Shown here: piece after piece, positions 26,509 through 36,562 of the stretch
How positions within the stretch are numbered: the stretch's first letter is position 1
How the letters are laid out: every line of letters begins with the position of its first letter
Source of the DNA: Cyclobacteriaceae bacterium
GTDB taxonomy: Bacteria; Bacteroidota; Bacteroidia; Cytophagales; Cyclobacteriaceae
DNA: 64,000 bases
Assembly (NCBI GenBank): GCA_031395485.1
Contig: JANNUS010000012.1
Coordinates: 149,142-213,141, forward strand
Reading direction: 5' to 3'
Position numbers and translations under genes: made by a program
The notes under the pieces: model-generated
What the model saw: only the letters and a program-made list of their open reading frames with translations
The model's database searches: none
Told to the model about the DNA's origin: nothing

Positions 26509-28077
26509 ATGCAAATTTCAAAAAAGATTTTACTGACCAATTTACTACTAGCACTTCTGCTGGTTTCTTGTGGAGACGAAGGCACAAAAGTAAATGTACC
26601 AAAGCCACCAGAAGCGATTGACCTAACAGATTCCTTTTATTACGAGATAAACCTGGATGACCTTTCTGACGACACTTTTAAGGTTCGAATGTTCATTGAT
26701 AATTTAACATCTGCCAATGCGATATTTCAGTTTCCGGCAACCACACCCGGCACGTACGATATCCACGACATCGGCCGTTTTGTTATAGCTTTTAAAGCAT
26801 TTGATAACGATTACGAAGAGTTAGCGGTTACTCACCCCTCCACCAATCAGTGGCAATTGAGCGATCCGGAAAATACGGCCATTATTGAATTTGAAGTAAA
26901 GGAAACATTCGATACCCCCGTTGCGGAGCATGCTATTTATAAAATGGCTGGCACTTCAATTGAAACTGATCACACATTGTTCAATGCTTTTGATGTGCTT
27001 GGCTATCCAACCGGGCTCAAGGAACGTGATTTTTATCTCAACATTAGCTACCCTTCGGCATGGTCTGTAGGAACTTCTCTTTTAAAAGATGAAAATGGGT
27101 TTTATCACGCTACGGATTTCGATAAACTTGTCGATAGCCCGATACTGTTCGGTTATATTACAACAGCTCCAACTACCGTTGATGGCGCTAACATCAGCGT
27201 GTACACTTTTTCTAAAAACAATCTTATTCAATCATCCCAAGTTTTAGAATATATGCAGAATATACTGAGTGACGCGAGCGCGTTCCTCAATGGCCTACCA
27301 TCTTCGGTTGATCGGTACAGTTTTATATATCTATTTGATCAGTTCAATGCCGGAGCCCTCGAACATTCGTACAGCTCAGTTTATGTATTGAATGAGCAAT
27401 CGTATGCTAATAACTTAAGCTCTGTTAGAAGCATTGCAGCACACGAGTTTTTTCATGTGGTTACTCCGCTCAATATTCATAGCGAGATCATAGAAGATTT
27501 CAACTTCGCTGAGCCAACGCCCTCCGAACATTTGTGGTTGTATGAAGGTGTAACCGAGTGGGCGGCCCACACAATGCAATTCCGCAATGGGCACATCAGT
27601 ATGGCAACGTGGCTTGGCCGGTTCGCTTCGAAGAAAAGAAATACGGATTATTATGCTGGGTTATCAAGCCATAGAAGCTTGAGTCAGATGAGTCTTACCT
27701 GCTATGAAGCAGGTGGTGAGCAGTTTGGTAATGTTTACAACAGAGGCGCACTGGTTGCATCATTACTTGATATTCGGCTGCTTGAACTTTCGGGGGGAAC
27801 AAAAGGTTTACGCGAAATCATTCTTCAGCTTATAGAAACTTATGGACCCGAAAATGCATTCTCAGAAGAAAATTTCTTTAACGATCTGGCACAACTAACA
27901 GGATACCCAGATGAAATAACGGACTTTATGAACCGATATATTAAAGGAACAGATCTACTTCCCATCAATGAGTATTTTAATAAACTCGGTATCAGCTATT
28001 CGGATTATGAGTTCACTGTTAATACGCCAACAACCGAGCAGCAGGCCCTATTGGATGCATGGAAGATAAATTTATAG
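26509..28077 (+). CDS. Lipoprotein zinc metallopeptidase, M61-like
   Basis: Lipobox LLLVSCG. HEFFH followed ~30 aa later by LWLYEGVTEW. Confidence 0.55.
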   Translation: MQISKKILLTNLLLALLLVSCGDEGTKVNVPKPPEAIDLTDSFYYEINLDDLSDDTFKVRMFIDNLTSANAIFQFPATTPGTYDIHDIGRFVIAFKAFDNDYEELAVTHPSTNQWQLSDPENTAIIEFEVKETFDTPVAEHAIYKMAGTSIETDHTLFNAFDVLGYPTGLKERDFYLNISYPSAWSVGTSLLKDENGFYHATDFDKLVDSPILFGYITTAPTTVDGANISVYTFSKNNLIQSSQVLEYMQNILSDASAFLNGLPSSVDRYSFIYLFDQFNAGALEHSYSSVYVLNEQSYANNLSSVRSIAAHEFFHVVTPLNIHSEIIEDFNFAEPTPSEHLWLYEGVTEWAAHTMQFRNGHISMATWLGRFASKKRNTDYYAGLSSHRSLSQMSLTCYEAGGEQFGNVYNRGALVASLLDIRLLELSGGTKGLREIILQLIETYGPENAFSEENFFNDLAQLTGYPDEITDFMNRYIKGTDLLPINEYFNKLGISYSDYEFTVNTPTTEQQALLDAWKINL

Positions 28078-28124
28078 GGTTATGGAAAGATTCTTTATCT
28101 TACTTTCTGTAAGCGCTGCTGAGT

Positions 28125-28523
28125 ATGAAATTTTTCTTATTTATACTTTTTATTCCATTTGTTTTGTCATCCTGTTTTACTTTTCAGAGCATTTCAAAAA
28201 GAGAAGTGCTAACTGTGGAGAAAATTCGCGCGGAAATAAAACCAAATAAAATACATTGGGTAAAACTTAATACCGGAAAGGAGTTAAAGCTGTATGTAAC
28301 CCGTATCGACTCCGTATACATTTATGGTGAGGTTCATGAAAAGGATTCATATGGATTTCTCGTGAAGTATCCTTATGAGGACAAATTGGAGGCTCTCGCA
28401 AAAAATGCAAGTAAAGTATCAGTTCGCAAATTCAATCCTCGTTTAACAACAACTATTACTGTGGTGCCAATAATTTTGATTGTTATTGTCACTAATTCTG
28501 GTTTTGTGGGTTACGATTATTAA
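28125..28523 (+). CDS. Hypothetical lipoprotein with a C-terminal TM helix
   Basis: Signal/lipobox FVLSSC and a C-terminal hydrophobic segment. Confidence 0.4.
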   Translation: MKFFLFILFIPFVLSSCFTFQSISKREVLTVEKIRAEIKPNKIHWVKLNTGKELKLYVTRIDSVYIYGEVHEKDSYGFLVKYPYEDKLEALAKNASKVSVRKFNPRLTTTITVVPIILIVIVTNSGFVGYDY

Positions 28524-28552
28524 TTGAATATTTCTTTCAACTTTGTAATGCT

Positions 28553-28915
28553 ATGAAACCAGAGGAGTTAAATAAAATAGCAAATCACTGGTTTACTGCA
28601 TTCAATGAACAAAATATTGAAAAACTACTTTCGCTGTACCACGATCATGCAGAGCACTACAGCCCGAAGTTAAAAGCTCGTCATCCGGAAACGTTTGGAC
28701 TGATTAAAGGTAAAGATGCATTGCGAGTTTGGTGGCAAGACGCTTTTCAACGATTGCCTTCGCTGCGCTATAAAATTATTCGTCTGACTCCGTATGAAGA
28801 TCGCGTTTTCATGGAGTACATTCGGCATGTAGCGAGTGAAGAAGACCTATTGGTAGGGGAGATGCTTGAAATAATTAATGGGCTTATTGTGAAGTCTTTC
28901 GTTTTTCATTCCTAG
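28553..28915 (+). CDS. NTF2/SnoaL-like fold protein
   Basis: ANHWFTAFNEQNIEKLLSLYHDHAEHYSP is a typical SnoaL-like N-terminus. 120 aa. Confidence 0.6.
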   Translation: MKPEELNKIANHWFTAFNEQNIEKLLSLYHDHAEHYSPKLKARHPETFGLIKGKDALRVWWQDAFQRLPSLRYKIIRLTPYEDRVFMEYIRHVASEEDLLVGEMLEIINGLIVKSFVFHS

Positions 28916-28933
28916 TTTCTGAACAGGGTTGGT

Positions 28934-29092
28934 ATGAAAACAAAAGAATGTCCATCCTGTGCAATGAAGGTAGGTATCAACAGCAAAGCTTGCCCTATTT
29001 GTGCGTACGAATTTACCGATACAAATAGCCAAGGTTTAAAGTGGATTGCTATTTTACTGGCCTTGTTATTCCTTTTATACTTAATTCTATAG
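28934..29092 (+). CDS. Small zinc-ribbon membrane protein (52 aa; below the ORF-track cutoff)
   Basis: My translation is MKTKECPSCAMKVGINSKACPICAYEFTDTNSQGLKWIAILLALLFLLYLIL: a CxxC...CxxC knuckle plus a C-terminal TM helix. It is more protein-like than the antisense 78-aa ORF. Confidence 0.55.
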   Translation: MKTKECPSCAMKVGINSKACPICAYEFTDTNSQGLKWIAILLALLFLLYLIL

Positions 29093-29162
29093 CCGAATCC
29101 TATAGAAAATTCATGCAAAGAAAGTAGCTGACTACTTGCCCCATTCAATATTTATTTAATAA

Positions 29163-31655
29163 TTGCCTACGCAGAAAGGTTCTTTAATGTCCTTATTCAA
29201 TCGAATCAAAGATACGGCTGACCAATGGTATGCAATTTTATTGCATCGGATACATCCTTATTGGTTGTATGTAGAACCTTGGTACGTCAAGTTTGTGCTT
29301 TATTTTAAGGCTAATCGTTGGCTTCGTGTAACGACCTATATCACCGCTCCGCCATTCGCCATTTTTGTTTTGCTATTATTTGTTGTTTGGTTTGAAACGC
29401 CCTGGAATAGTGAATTGCGTAAAATTCGTAATCAGGTAGCCTCGGAAATATACAGTGCCGATAGCGTATTACTTGGGCGCTACTATATTCAGGACCGAAC
29501 AGAAGTAGGATATACCGACATAGCACCCGCTGTAATGGAGGCTTTGATTGCTACAGAAGACGCCCGATTTTATCAGCACGAAGGTGTTGACTATAGAAGT
29601 TTAGGAAGAGTAATTGTAAAATCTATTATACAACAAGATGAATCAGCAGGGGGCGGAAGCACGATAACACAGCAACTTTCAAAAAATCTATATCCACGAA
29701 AGCGATATTGGTTTTTCTCTATGCTCATTAATAAAATGCGCGAAGTTCGCACAGCTCTTAAATTGGAGGATATCTATTCGAAAGATGAGCTAATAACATT
29801 ATACTTAAATACAGTACCCTTTGCAGACAATGTTTTTGGAATTGAAGCAGCTGCCAATCGATTCTATTCCGTACGTGCTAAAGAACTCACCACCGATCAA
29901 TCAGCAGTTTTGGTAGGCATGCTTAAAGCAACGTACAGCTACAATCCTCGACTCTTTCCAGATCGCGCGTTAAAAAGGAGGAACATCGTGTTCCGTCAAA
30001 TGGTTAAATACAATTATCTTGACAGTGGAGTGCTGGATTCACTATCAAGTTTACCGATTGAGCTTGAGTATAACAAAATCTCACATCATCAGGGGCTTGC
30101 TCCATACTTCAGAGAGTATTTAAAAGCAGAATTGCTGGAGTGGAGTAGGAGCAATGAAAACGAGGATGGCGATAATTATAATTTATACACCAGTGGATTA
30201 AAAATTTATACCACCATCGATTCGAAACTACAATTGTATGCAGAGAATGCCGTGCGGCAACAAATGACCGAGATCCAAAAGACATTCTTTAATCATTGGG
30301 GAAAGGAGAAGCCTTGGAAAGGAAAAGAATCTGTACTGGAGCAAGCTATTCAACGATCGTCTCGATACTTAAAGTTAAAGGAATTAGGCCTCCCCGAAGA
30401 GGAGATAATGAAAGAACTTCAAAAGCCAGTACCGATGACATTATTCAGTTGGCAGGGCGTTCAAGAAGTGGTAGTGAGTCCAATAGATTCTATCATCCAC
30501 CATCTTCAATATTTGAATGCAGGATTTCTTGCTATAGAGCCTTCAAGCGGATCAGTAAAAGCTTGGGTTGGCGGCATCGACCATGATTATTATCAATACG
30601 ATCATGTTAATGTAAACACCAAAAGACAAGTTGGTTCAATTTTTAAACCCATTGTTTTTGCAACAGCGCTCGAACAAGGTGTATTACCGTGTAGTTTAAT
30701 TTCAGCTTCGCGGCCAACCTACATCGATAAGGAAGGTGTACCCTGGACCCCGCGCAATTCACAAATTGATTATGAAGTTGAATATTCAATGCGAGGTGCG
30801 CTTGCGTATTCGGTTAATACGGTTTCGGCTAAACTAATTCAAATGGCAGGCGTTGAAAACACAATTTCAATGGCGATGAAAATGGGCGTTAGCAGTGAAA
30901 TGCCCGATGTACCTTCCATTGCATTGGGCGCGTCTTCTATTTCGTTAATGGAGATGACAACAGTTTTTTCATGTTTCGCCAATCACGGCATATCTACCTC
31001 CCCCTTTTATATCAGCGAAATTTATGATAGCGATGGAAAAGTTTATAGTAATTTTAAATTAGCAGGAGGTGGCAAGCGTGTATTGTCTGAGGAGACGTCA
31101 GAGCTCATGATTTCTATGCTAAAAAGTGTTGTGAATGAAGGCACTGCCGGACGACTCCGATATCAATATGGAGTATATACAGATGTGGCCGGAAAAACAG
31201 GCACAACACAATCAAATGCCGATGGATGGTTTATGGCAATTACTCCTAAACTTGTTATTGGCACATGGGTAGGGGCCGATGACCCACGTATTCGCTTTCG
31301 CAGAACAGATCTAGGGCAAGGTTCCAGTACTGCATTACCTATTACGGCCGCCTTCCTGAAGCAAGTAAATAACGATATTAAATTTAAATCAGTTGCAGAT
31401 GCAAAATTCCCTAATCTTTCATCAACCCTACAAGGAAAATTGAGCTGCGATTTATACGAATTGAGTGATAAACTCGTCTTGAATATTCAAGAGTCTATTT
31501 TTAAGCGCGATTCTACTATTCAGGCAGACACATCCGTTACGACACTGCCTGAAACTTTTCTCCAAACTATATATAAACGGAAGTTAAAAATTAAAGTAAA
31601 CCAGGAACGCAGAGATTCCATTGCAAATACGGTGGAGATATTGGTTGGAGGATAG
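29163..31655 (+). CDS. mrcA: Penicillin-binding protein 1A (bifunctional glycosyltransferase/transpeptidase)
   Basis: GT51 motifs EDARFYQHEGVD and GGSTITQQL. Transpeptidase motifs SIFKP (SxxK), YSVN (SxN) and KTGTT. The start is uncertain (TTG 29163 or ATG 29187). Confidence 0.88.
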   Translation: MPTQKGSLMSLFNRIKDTADQWYAILLHRIHPYWLYVEPWYVKFVLYFKANRWLRVTTYITAPPFAIFVLLLFVVWFETPWNSELRKIRNQVASEIYSADSVLLGRYYIQDRTEVGYTDIAPAVMEALIATEDARFYQHEGVDYRSLGRVIVKSIIQQDESAGGGSTITQQLSKNLYPRKRYWFFSMLINKMREVRTALKLEDIYSKDELITLYLNTVPFADNVFGIEAAANRFYSVRAKELTTDQSAVLVGMLKATYSYNPRLFPDRALKRRNIVFRQMVKYNYLDSGVLDSLSSLPIELEYNKISHHQGLAPYFREYLKAELLEWSRSNENEDGDNYNLYTSGLKIYTTIDSKLQLYAENAVRQQMTEIQKTFFNHWGKEKPWKGKESVLEQAIQRSSRYLKLKELGLPEEEIMKELQKPVPMTLFSWQGVQEVVVSPIDSIIHHLQYLNAGFLAIEPSSGSVKAWVGGIDHDYYQYDHVNVNTKRQVGSIFKPIVFATALEQGVLPCSLISASRPTYIDKEGVPWTPRNSQIDYEVEYSMRGALAYSVNTVSAKLIQMAGVENTISMAMKMGVSSEMPDVPSIALGASSISLMEMTTVFSCFANHGISTSPFYISEIYDSDGKVYSNFKLAGGGKRVLSEETSELMISMLKSVVNEGTAGRLRYQYGVYTDVAGKTGTTQSNADGWFMAITPKLVIGTWVGADDPRIRFRRTDLGQGSSTALPITAAFLKQVNNDIKFKSVADAKFPNLSSTLQGKLSCDLYELSDKLVLNIQESIFKRDSTIQADTSVTTLPETFLQTIYKRKLKIKVNQERRDSIANTVEILVGG

Positions 31656-31708
31656 AACTGCCGTTACTTCTGAGCAAACATAATTTTTAAATCACCCGAT
31701 TGTTTCCC

Positions 31709-32545
31709 TCATTTTCGTTTTTGAATTTTACCAATGGCCTCCAGGTATTTTTCTTTTACCATCTTCCTGAAACGCATTGGGAATAACCGTTTAAACCACC
31801 AAAGTTTGCGAGCGCTTTTTGGTAAGATCACATAAAGCTCTCCATCGCCCGATCTTGTTAATACTTCTTGCGCTATTTCCTTGGGTTCAAGCCCGGATCT
31901 ATCTAACAAATATTGCGTAACCTTCCTTACTTTTTCGCCACCGCGAACACTTGCTGCAATGTTGGTTTTAAAATAGGAAGGCTGCACACATGAAATCTGA
32001 ATATTATAATCCATGAGTTCGCCATAAAGTGTTTCGCTTATGGCCACCACTGCTGCTTTTGTCATATTGTAAGGACCCATTTGTGGTGCGCAACTGATAG
32101 CAGCTAGGCTTGCAATGTTAATGATATGTCCTGATCGTTGCTGTTTGAAAATTGGGATGAAAATATGACATCCATACACAACGCTCAGCTGATTAATCCT
32201 CACCATCCACTCCCAATTGTCGAGTGAGTATTCTTCAAAAATTCCTCCATCACCGACTCCCGCATTGTTAATGAGAACATCGATACCACCTGATTCTTGC
32301 AAATAATTCCGAACTACTTGTTGATATTGCTCTCTATTCGAAACATCCAAGTGAAAGGAGAGAGGCTTCCCACCAAGCCGGATAATCTCTGCATGCGTAA
32401 TAGCAAGTTGGTCATCATTAATATCACTTATTCCTATTGTCCAACCATCCACGGCTAACTCAAGGCACAGCGCTTTACCAAGCCCAGATGCTGAGCCTGT
32501 AATAAATGCTCGTTTGTACGGATGGAGTTTAGAGAGTTTGTACAT
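31709..32545 (-). CDS. SDR-family oxidoreductase
   Basis: TGSASGLG cofactor motif and YNMTK (YxxxK). Confidence 0.8.
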   Translation of the reverse strand: MYKLSKLHPYKRAFITGSASGLGKALCLELAVDGWTIGISDINDDQLAITHAEIIRLGGKPLSFHLDVSNREQYQQVVRNYLQESGGIDVLINNAGVGDGGIFEEYSLDNWEWMVRINQLSVVYGCHIFIPIFKQQRSGHIINIASLAAISCAPQMGPYNMTKAAVVAISETLYGELMDYNIQISCVQPSYFKTNIAASVRGGEKVRKVTQYLLDRSGLEPKEIAQEVLTRSGDGELYVILPKSARKLWWFKRLFPMRFRKMVKEKYLEAIGKIQKRK

Positions 32546-32663
32546 ATTTAATTGAATGAAATGTAAAATAAAGTTAACGTCACTTCGAGGGAGGAACGAC
32601 CGAGAAGTCCCCTCTTGAGCGCTCTATAAGGGGATGTCTCACTCTGTTCGACATGACGGTATA

Positions 32664-33728
32664 CTAAATTTTCTGTTTATTTAATGAATCAACCCCCTGC
32701 TTCGACAAACTCTTAATCACCGTTAATAATCCGCCAAATCTTGGATCTTTTGAAAAGCCTTGCTTCCATCGTGCATAAATTTGTTGAGCAATGGCGGCAT
32801 TTTTAAATAATCCGAAAACATAATAGAATAGAATGTTAGAAACATCACGTCCACTCTTTTCTGCATAACAATCTACAAACTCTTTCCGCGATAAATTGCC
32901 GGGAAAAGAACTAAGATTGAATGACCTGAGTACGGGATCGTCACCAGCCTCAGACCAATAGGCTATACTGGCCCCAAGATCCATCAATGGGTCACCTACG
33001 GTAGCCATTTCCCAATCGAGCACTCCAATAATTTTTGTTATGTCCTGCTGGTCGAGAATAACATTGTCATATTTGTAATCGTTGTGTAGAAAAGTTGGAG
33101 TTTGATCGGTCGGTAAATTCTTGAGCAACCATTCAGCCAATAGATTCATTTCCATAAGAACATCAGTCTCAGCAGCATAATATCGTTTGATCCAACCTTC
33201 AGTTTGGCGATGTACATATCCTTCCGGTTTTCCAAGGTTAACTAATCCAGTTAGGTCGATATCAATTGCATGAAGCTCCACAAGGTTATTTACCAGTGCT
33301 TTTGAGAGATTTTTAAATACTGCAGCGCTAATAGAAAGCTTATGCACATTTGTTGCGCGTAAGATTACTCCCTGTATCCGTTCCATTATATAGAAGGGCG
33401 AACCAATGATTTCTTCCGATTCACAGTATACTATTGGGGTCGGGACTTTTGAATAGTGTTGTTTAAGCAGTGATAGCACTTTAAATTCGCGCCCCATATC
33501 GTGCGCTGATTTAATATTGGCACCAAGCGGAGGCCGTCTTAAAATAAATTCATTGTCCTTCGTTGTTAAACAAAAAGTTAAGTTTGAATACCCACTTGGA
33601 AATTGTGTGATTGTAAGAACCTTACCCAAATCTGGCTTGTGAGCGACCAAATAAGAATTTAATTTTTCCAGATCAGGAACTTCTTCTTCTCGTGCGTTAA
33701 TCGGTTGATCAATCGGTGGGCTAATCAT
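32664..33728 (-). CDS. APH-family phosphotransferase (ACAD10/11 N-terminal or LvaA-like kinase)
   Basis: Brenner motif LHNDYKYDNVIL and VLDWEMATVGDPLMDLG. The start overlaps the ACAD stop (ATGA). Confidence 0.8.
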   Translation of the reverse strand: MISPPIDQPINAREEEVPDLEKLNSYLVAHKPDLGKVLTITQFPSGYSNLTFCLTTKDNEFILRRPPLGANIKSAHDMGREFKVLSLLKQHYSKVPTPIVYCESEEIIGSPFYIMERIQGVILRATNVHKLSISAAVFKNLSKALVNNLVELHAIDIDLTGLVNLGKPEGYVHRQTEGWIKRYYAAETDVLMEMNLLAEWLLKNLPTDQTPTFLHNDYKYDNVILDQQDITKIIGVLDWEMATVGDPLMDLGASIAYWSEAGDDPVLRSFNLSSFPGNLSRKEFVDCYAEKSGRDVSNILFYYVFGLFKNAAIAQQIYARWKQGFSKDPRFGGLLTVIKSLSKQGVDSLNKQKI

Positions 33729-34939
33729 TTGCTTACGTCAAGCCCGTACGATTTTAAAATACTTTTCGCCAGTGTTGTTTTGTGCACTTCATCAGGACCA
33801 TCATAAATTCGCGCACCACGCTCGTGCCTGTACCAGAAGGATAGAAGAGTATCATCTGTTATTCCTAAAGCACCGTGGACTTGTATTGCTATATCAAGGA
33901 CCTTCATCAACACATCCGCAACAAAGAACTTGATCGTAGATATTTCTTCCTTCGCTGCCTTGGCTCCATCTTTCTCCATCGACAACGCAGTATGTAAGAC
34001 CATTAGTCTGGCGGCCTGAATGCTCGCACGACATTCAGCAATCCACATTTGAATAATTTGCTGATGGCCAAGCATACGTTGATCATCTAATTTGCGCGAA
34101 ACTGCACGCTTACACATTAAAACAAAAGCACGCTCACAAATGCCAATCCATCGCATGCAGTGATGGATTCTTCCAGGACCAAGTCGGGCTTGTGCAAGAG
34201 CAAATCCCCTCCCTTCATCTCCAATTCTGTTTGAAAGAGGCACTCGACAATCTGTAAACTTCATTTCGCTGTGGCTAAAATAATCTTCACCACCACCATC
34301 GCCCATTACCGAAATATTGCGCACACGCTCAGCGCCTTTGGCCTCCAGTGGAACTAGAATCATACTGGCACGTTCATATGAGTTTTTATTTTGTGAATCG
34401 GTCTGCGCCATCACAATTACAAAACTAGCGCCATCCGCCCCGGTAGTAAACCATTTATGTCCATTAATAACATACTCATCACCTTGACGAACTGCTGTGG
34501 TGGCCATGTGTACAGGATTTGATCCGGCAAACTCTGGTTCTGTCATGGCAAAGCATGAACGTATTTCACCCCGCTGAAGAGGTGTGAGATACTTCTCTTT
34601 GAGTTCCTTCGATGCAAACTGGTGCATCAACTCCATGTTTCCAATATCGGGAGCGTTGCAATTAAAAATGTAATGGCCGAGAGGTGATGTGCCCAGTAAT
34701 TCACTTACGAGAGCAAACTCTACGAGTGTCAACCCCAAACCGCCATCCTGTTCTGAGAGGTGAGGAGCAAATAGTTTTCCTTCTTTTGCCTTTTCCCGTA
34801 ACGATTTTAGTAGCGGAAGTGATTGACGAAATGGGTTGGTTACTACATCCAATTCAATTGAGTAAACATGCTCTTCCAGAAATTGCTTGTATTGTGGAAG
34901 TATTTTTTTCGTTCGCTCAGTTTGGAATAGTGCGCTCAT
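33725..34939 (-). CDS. Acyl-CoA dehydrogenase-family protein (ACAD10/11 / LvaC-like)
   Basis: CFAMTEPEFAGSNP, the C-terminal RIYDGPDEVH, 404 aa. Confidence 0.85.
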   Translation of the reverse strand: MSALFQTERTKKILPQYKQFLEEHVYSIELDVVTNPFRQSLPLLKSLREKAKEGKLFAPHLSEQDGGLGLTLVEFALVSELLGTSPLGHYIFNCNAPDIGNMELMHQFASKELKEKYLTPLQRGEIRSCFAMTEPEFAGSNPVHMATTAVRQGDEYVINGHKWFTTGADGASFVIVMAQTDSQNKNSYERASMILVPLEAKGAERVRNISVMGDGGGEDYFSHSEMKFTDCRVPLSNRIGDEGRGFALAQARLGPGRIHHCMRWIGICERAFVLMCKRAVSRKLDDQRMLGHQQIIQMWIAECRASIQAARLMVLHTALSMEKDGAKAAKEEISTIKFFVADVLMKVLDIAIQVHGALGITDDTLLSFWYRHERGARIYDGPDEVHKTTLAKSILKSYGLDVSK

Positions 34940-34950
34940 ACTATTTCATC

Positions 34951-35718
34951 TTAAATCGTAAAACCACCATCGGCTGTAAATACACTACCGGTGCAATAAC
35001 CAGATGCATCCGAAGCTAGAAATAAAGCAAGTGCTGCAATTTCTTCTGGCGTACCAATGCGTTTAATGGGTAACATCTTCATCATCAAACCCATAATTTT
35101 ATCATTGTTCCATAGTGCTTCACTAAATTTAGTTTTAATGAGGCCAGGGCAAATAACGTTTACACGAATATTATCATCGCCCCATTCTTTTGCCATTACT
35201 TTTGTTAGCGAAATCAATGCAGCTTTACTCACGCTGTAAATTCCTAGCCCGTGTTCCGGACGAATACCTCCAACGGAACTGATATTAATAACAGAGCCGG
35301 ATTTCTTTTCCTTCATAAGGGGATACACTTTCTTCGCTAGTTCAAATGGTCCCTTCACATTAACATTCATGATCTTATCAAATGCAACAGTATCCGTTTG
35401 CACCACCGGACCAAAAGAAGGATTTGCAGCTGCATTGTTTACAAGTATGTCAATAGCTCCAAATTTCGCTGTGGCTTGGCTAACTAAGTGATCTATATCT
35501 TTCGCATCACTAACGTTACATGCAATCGCATGCGCATATTGACCTTTGTTGGTAATAGATTTTGCAACAGCATCAATCGCTTCCTGTTTTCTACTCGATA
35601 CTATTACTTTCGCGCCCGCAGCAGCATAGATTTCGGCAATGGCTTGGCCAATTCCCTTACTGGCTCCCGTTACCAGAGCAACTTTTCCATCCAAACGAAA
35701 GAACTTTTGATTATCCAT
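34951..35718 (-). CDS. SDR-family oxidoreductase (3-oxoacyl reductase-like)
   Basis: TGASKGIG, NNAA and YSVSK motifs. Confidence 0.85.
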   Translation of the reverse strand: MDNQKFFRLDGKVALVTGASKGIGQAIAEIYAAAGAKVIVSSRKQEAIDAVAKSITNKGQYAHAIACNVSDAKDIDHLVSQATAKFGAIDILVNNAAANPSFGPVVQTDTVAFDKIMNVNVKGPFELAKKVYPLMKEKKSGSVINISSVGGIRPEHGLGIYSVSKAALISLTKVMAKEWGDDNIRVNVICPGLIKTKFSEALWNNDKIMGLMMKMLPIKRIGTPEEIAALALFLASDASGYCTGSVFTADGGFTI

Positions 35719-35824
35719 AAGTTAACTAGCAATCCCAAAAGATACCGAATTTCCTCAAAAACGAACCATTTCATTCACATAAGCACAGTTTACTCATGCA
35801 AGAATTCTCATAAATAGCGTTACC

Positions 35825-36463
35825 TTGCAAACTTATTATTTTGAATTGAGCCCAGCACATGACATAGCTTTGTATCACCCGATTCTTCATTCGGTGGCAT
35901 ACAATATTCTACGGTGTAAACAGGATGCAGAGGATATCGTGCAGGACACATTTTTAAAGTGGCTTAGCGTTGATCGAACTAAAATCCACAATACAAAAGC
36001 ATATTTAATAAAGTCTGTAACCAATAACTGCCTAAATCATCTCAATACACTCCGTAAAAAGAAAGAAGAATATTGGGATTCCAGCAAACTATCTCAACTC
36101 ATTGTTAAGTTTAAGGAGTCAGATTTTGCCCATTTGGACCTTGAAACTGAATTATCATCTGCTTTTAGAGTACTACAAACCAAATTAGAGCCTCTTGAGA
36201 GGGCTGCCTATTTATTGAAGGAAGTCTTTGATTTTGACTACGATGCCCTTCAGCAGGTTTTAAATAAGAAAGCAGATCATTGCCGTCAACTCTTCAGTAG
36301 AGCTAAAAAGAAGCTAAGTGAGGAAACTCCAAACCTTAGTTTTGATATTCCAAATAAGAACCAACTACTAGAAAGCTTTAAAAAAGCTTGTGAAGGACCA
36401 GCCACTCACTTCATACAGGACTTAAAAAGTGATATTTCTGCTAAACTTAGGCGGAAAGTGTAA
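35825..36463 (+). CDS. ECF-type RNA polymerase sigma-70 factor
   Basis: Region 2 DAEDIVQDTFLKW...AYLIKSVTNNCLNHL and region 4 LEPLERAAYLLKEVFDFDYDAL. TTG start in the track; the start is uncertain. Confidence 0.7.
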   Translation: MQTYYFELSPAHDIALYHPILHSVAYNILRCKQDAEDIVQDTFLKWLSVDRTKIHNTKAYLIKSVTNNCLNHLNTLRKKKEEYWDSSKLSQLIVKFKESDFAHLDLETELSSAFRVLQTKLEPLERAAYLLKEVFDFDYDALQQVLNKKADHCRQLFSRAKKKLSEETPNLSFDIPNKNQLLESFKKACEGPATHFIQDLKSDISAKLRRKV

Positions 36464-36562
36464 TTTTTTCTCCAAAATCTGTCACAAATACCGAATGCCC
36501 TTGTCTTACAGAGAATAGCCCGATAATAGGCTGCTTTTTAAGAACCTAAATCTATTGTTATC

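Noticed and set aside
28912-29148. 78-aa minus-strand ORF
   Set aside because: It is antisense to a much more protein-like 52-aa zinc-ribbon/TM ORF (28934-29092) and has no recognisable features.
32581-32660. GC-rich patch between the APH kinase gene and the second SDR gene (CACTTCGAGGGAGGAACGACCGAGAAGTCCCC...CACTCTGTTCGACATGACGG); considered as tRNA, ncRNA or REP element
   Set aside because: It has only short imperfect stems (5 bp), no cloverleaf or T-loop consensus, and no second copy in the window. It resembles the degenerate intergenic hairpin junk common in Bacteroidota. It might still be a weak terminator.
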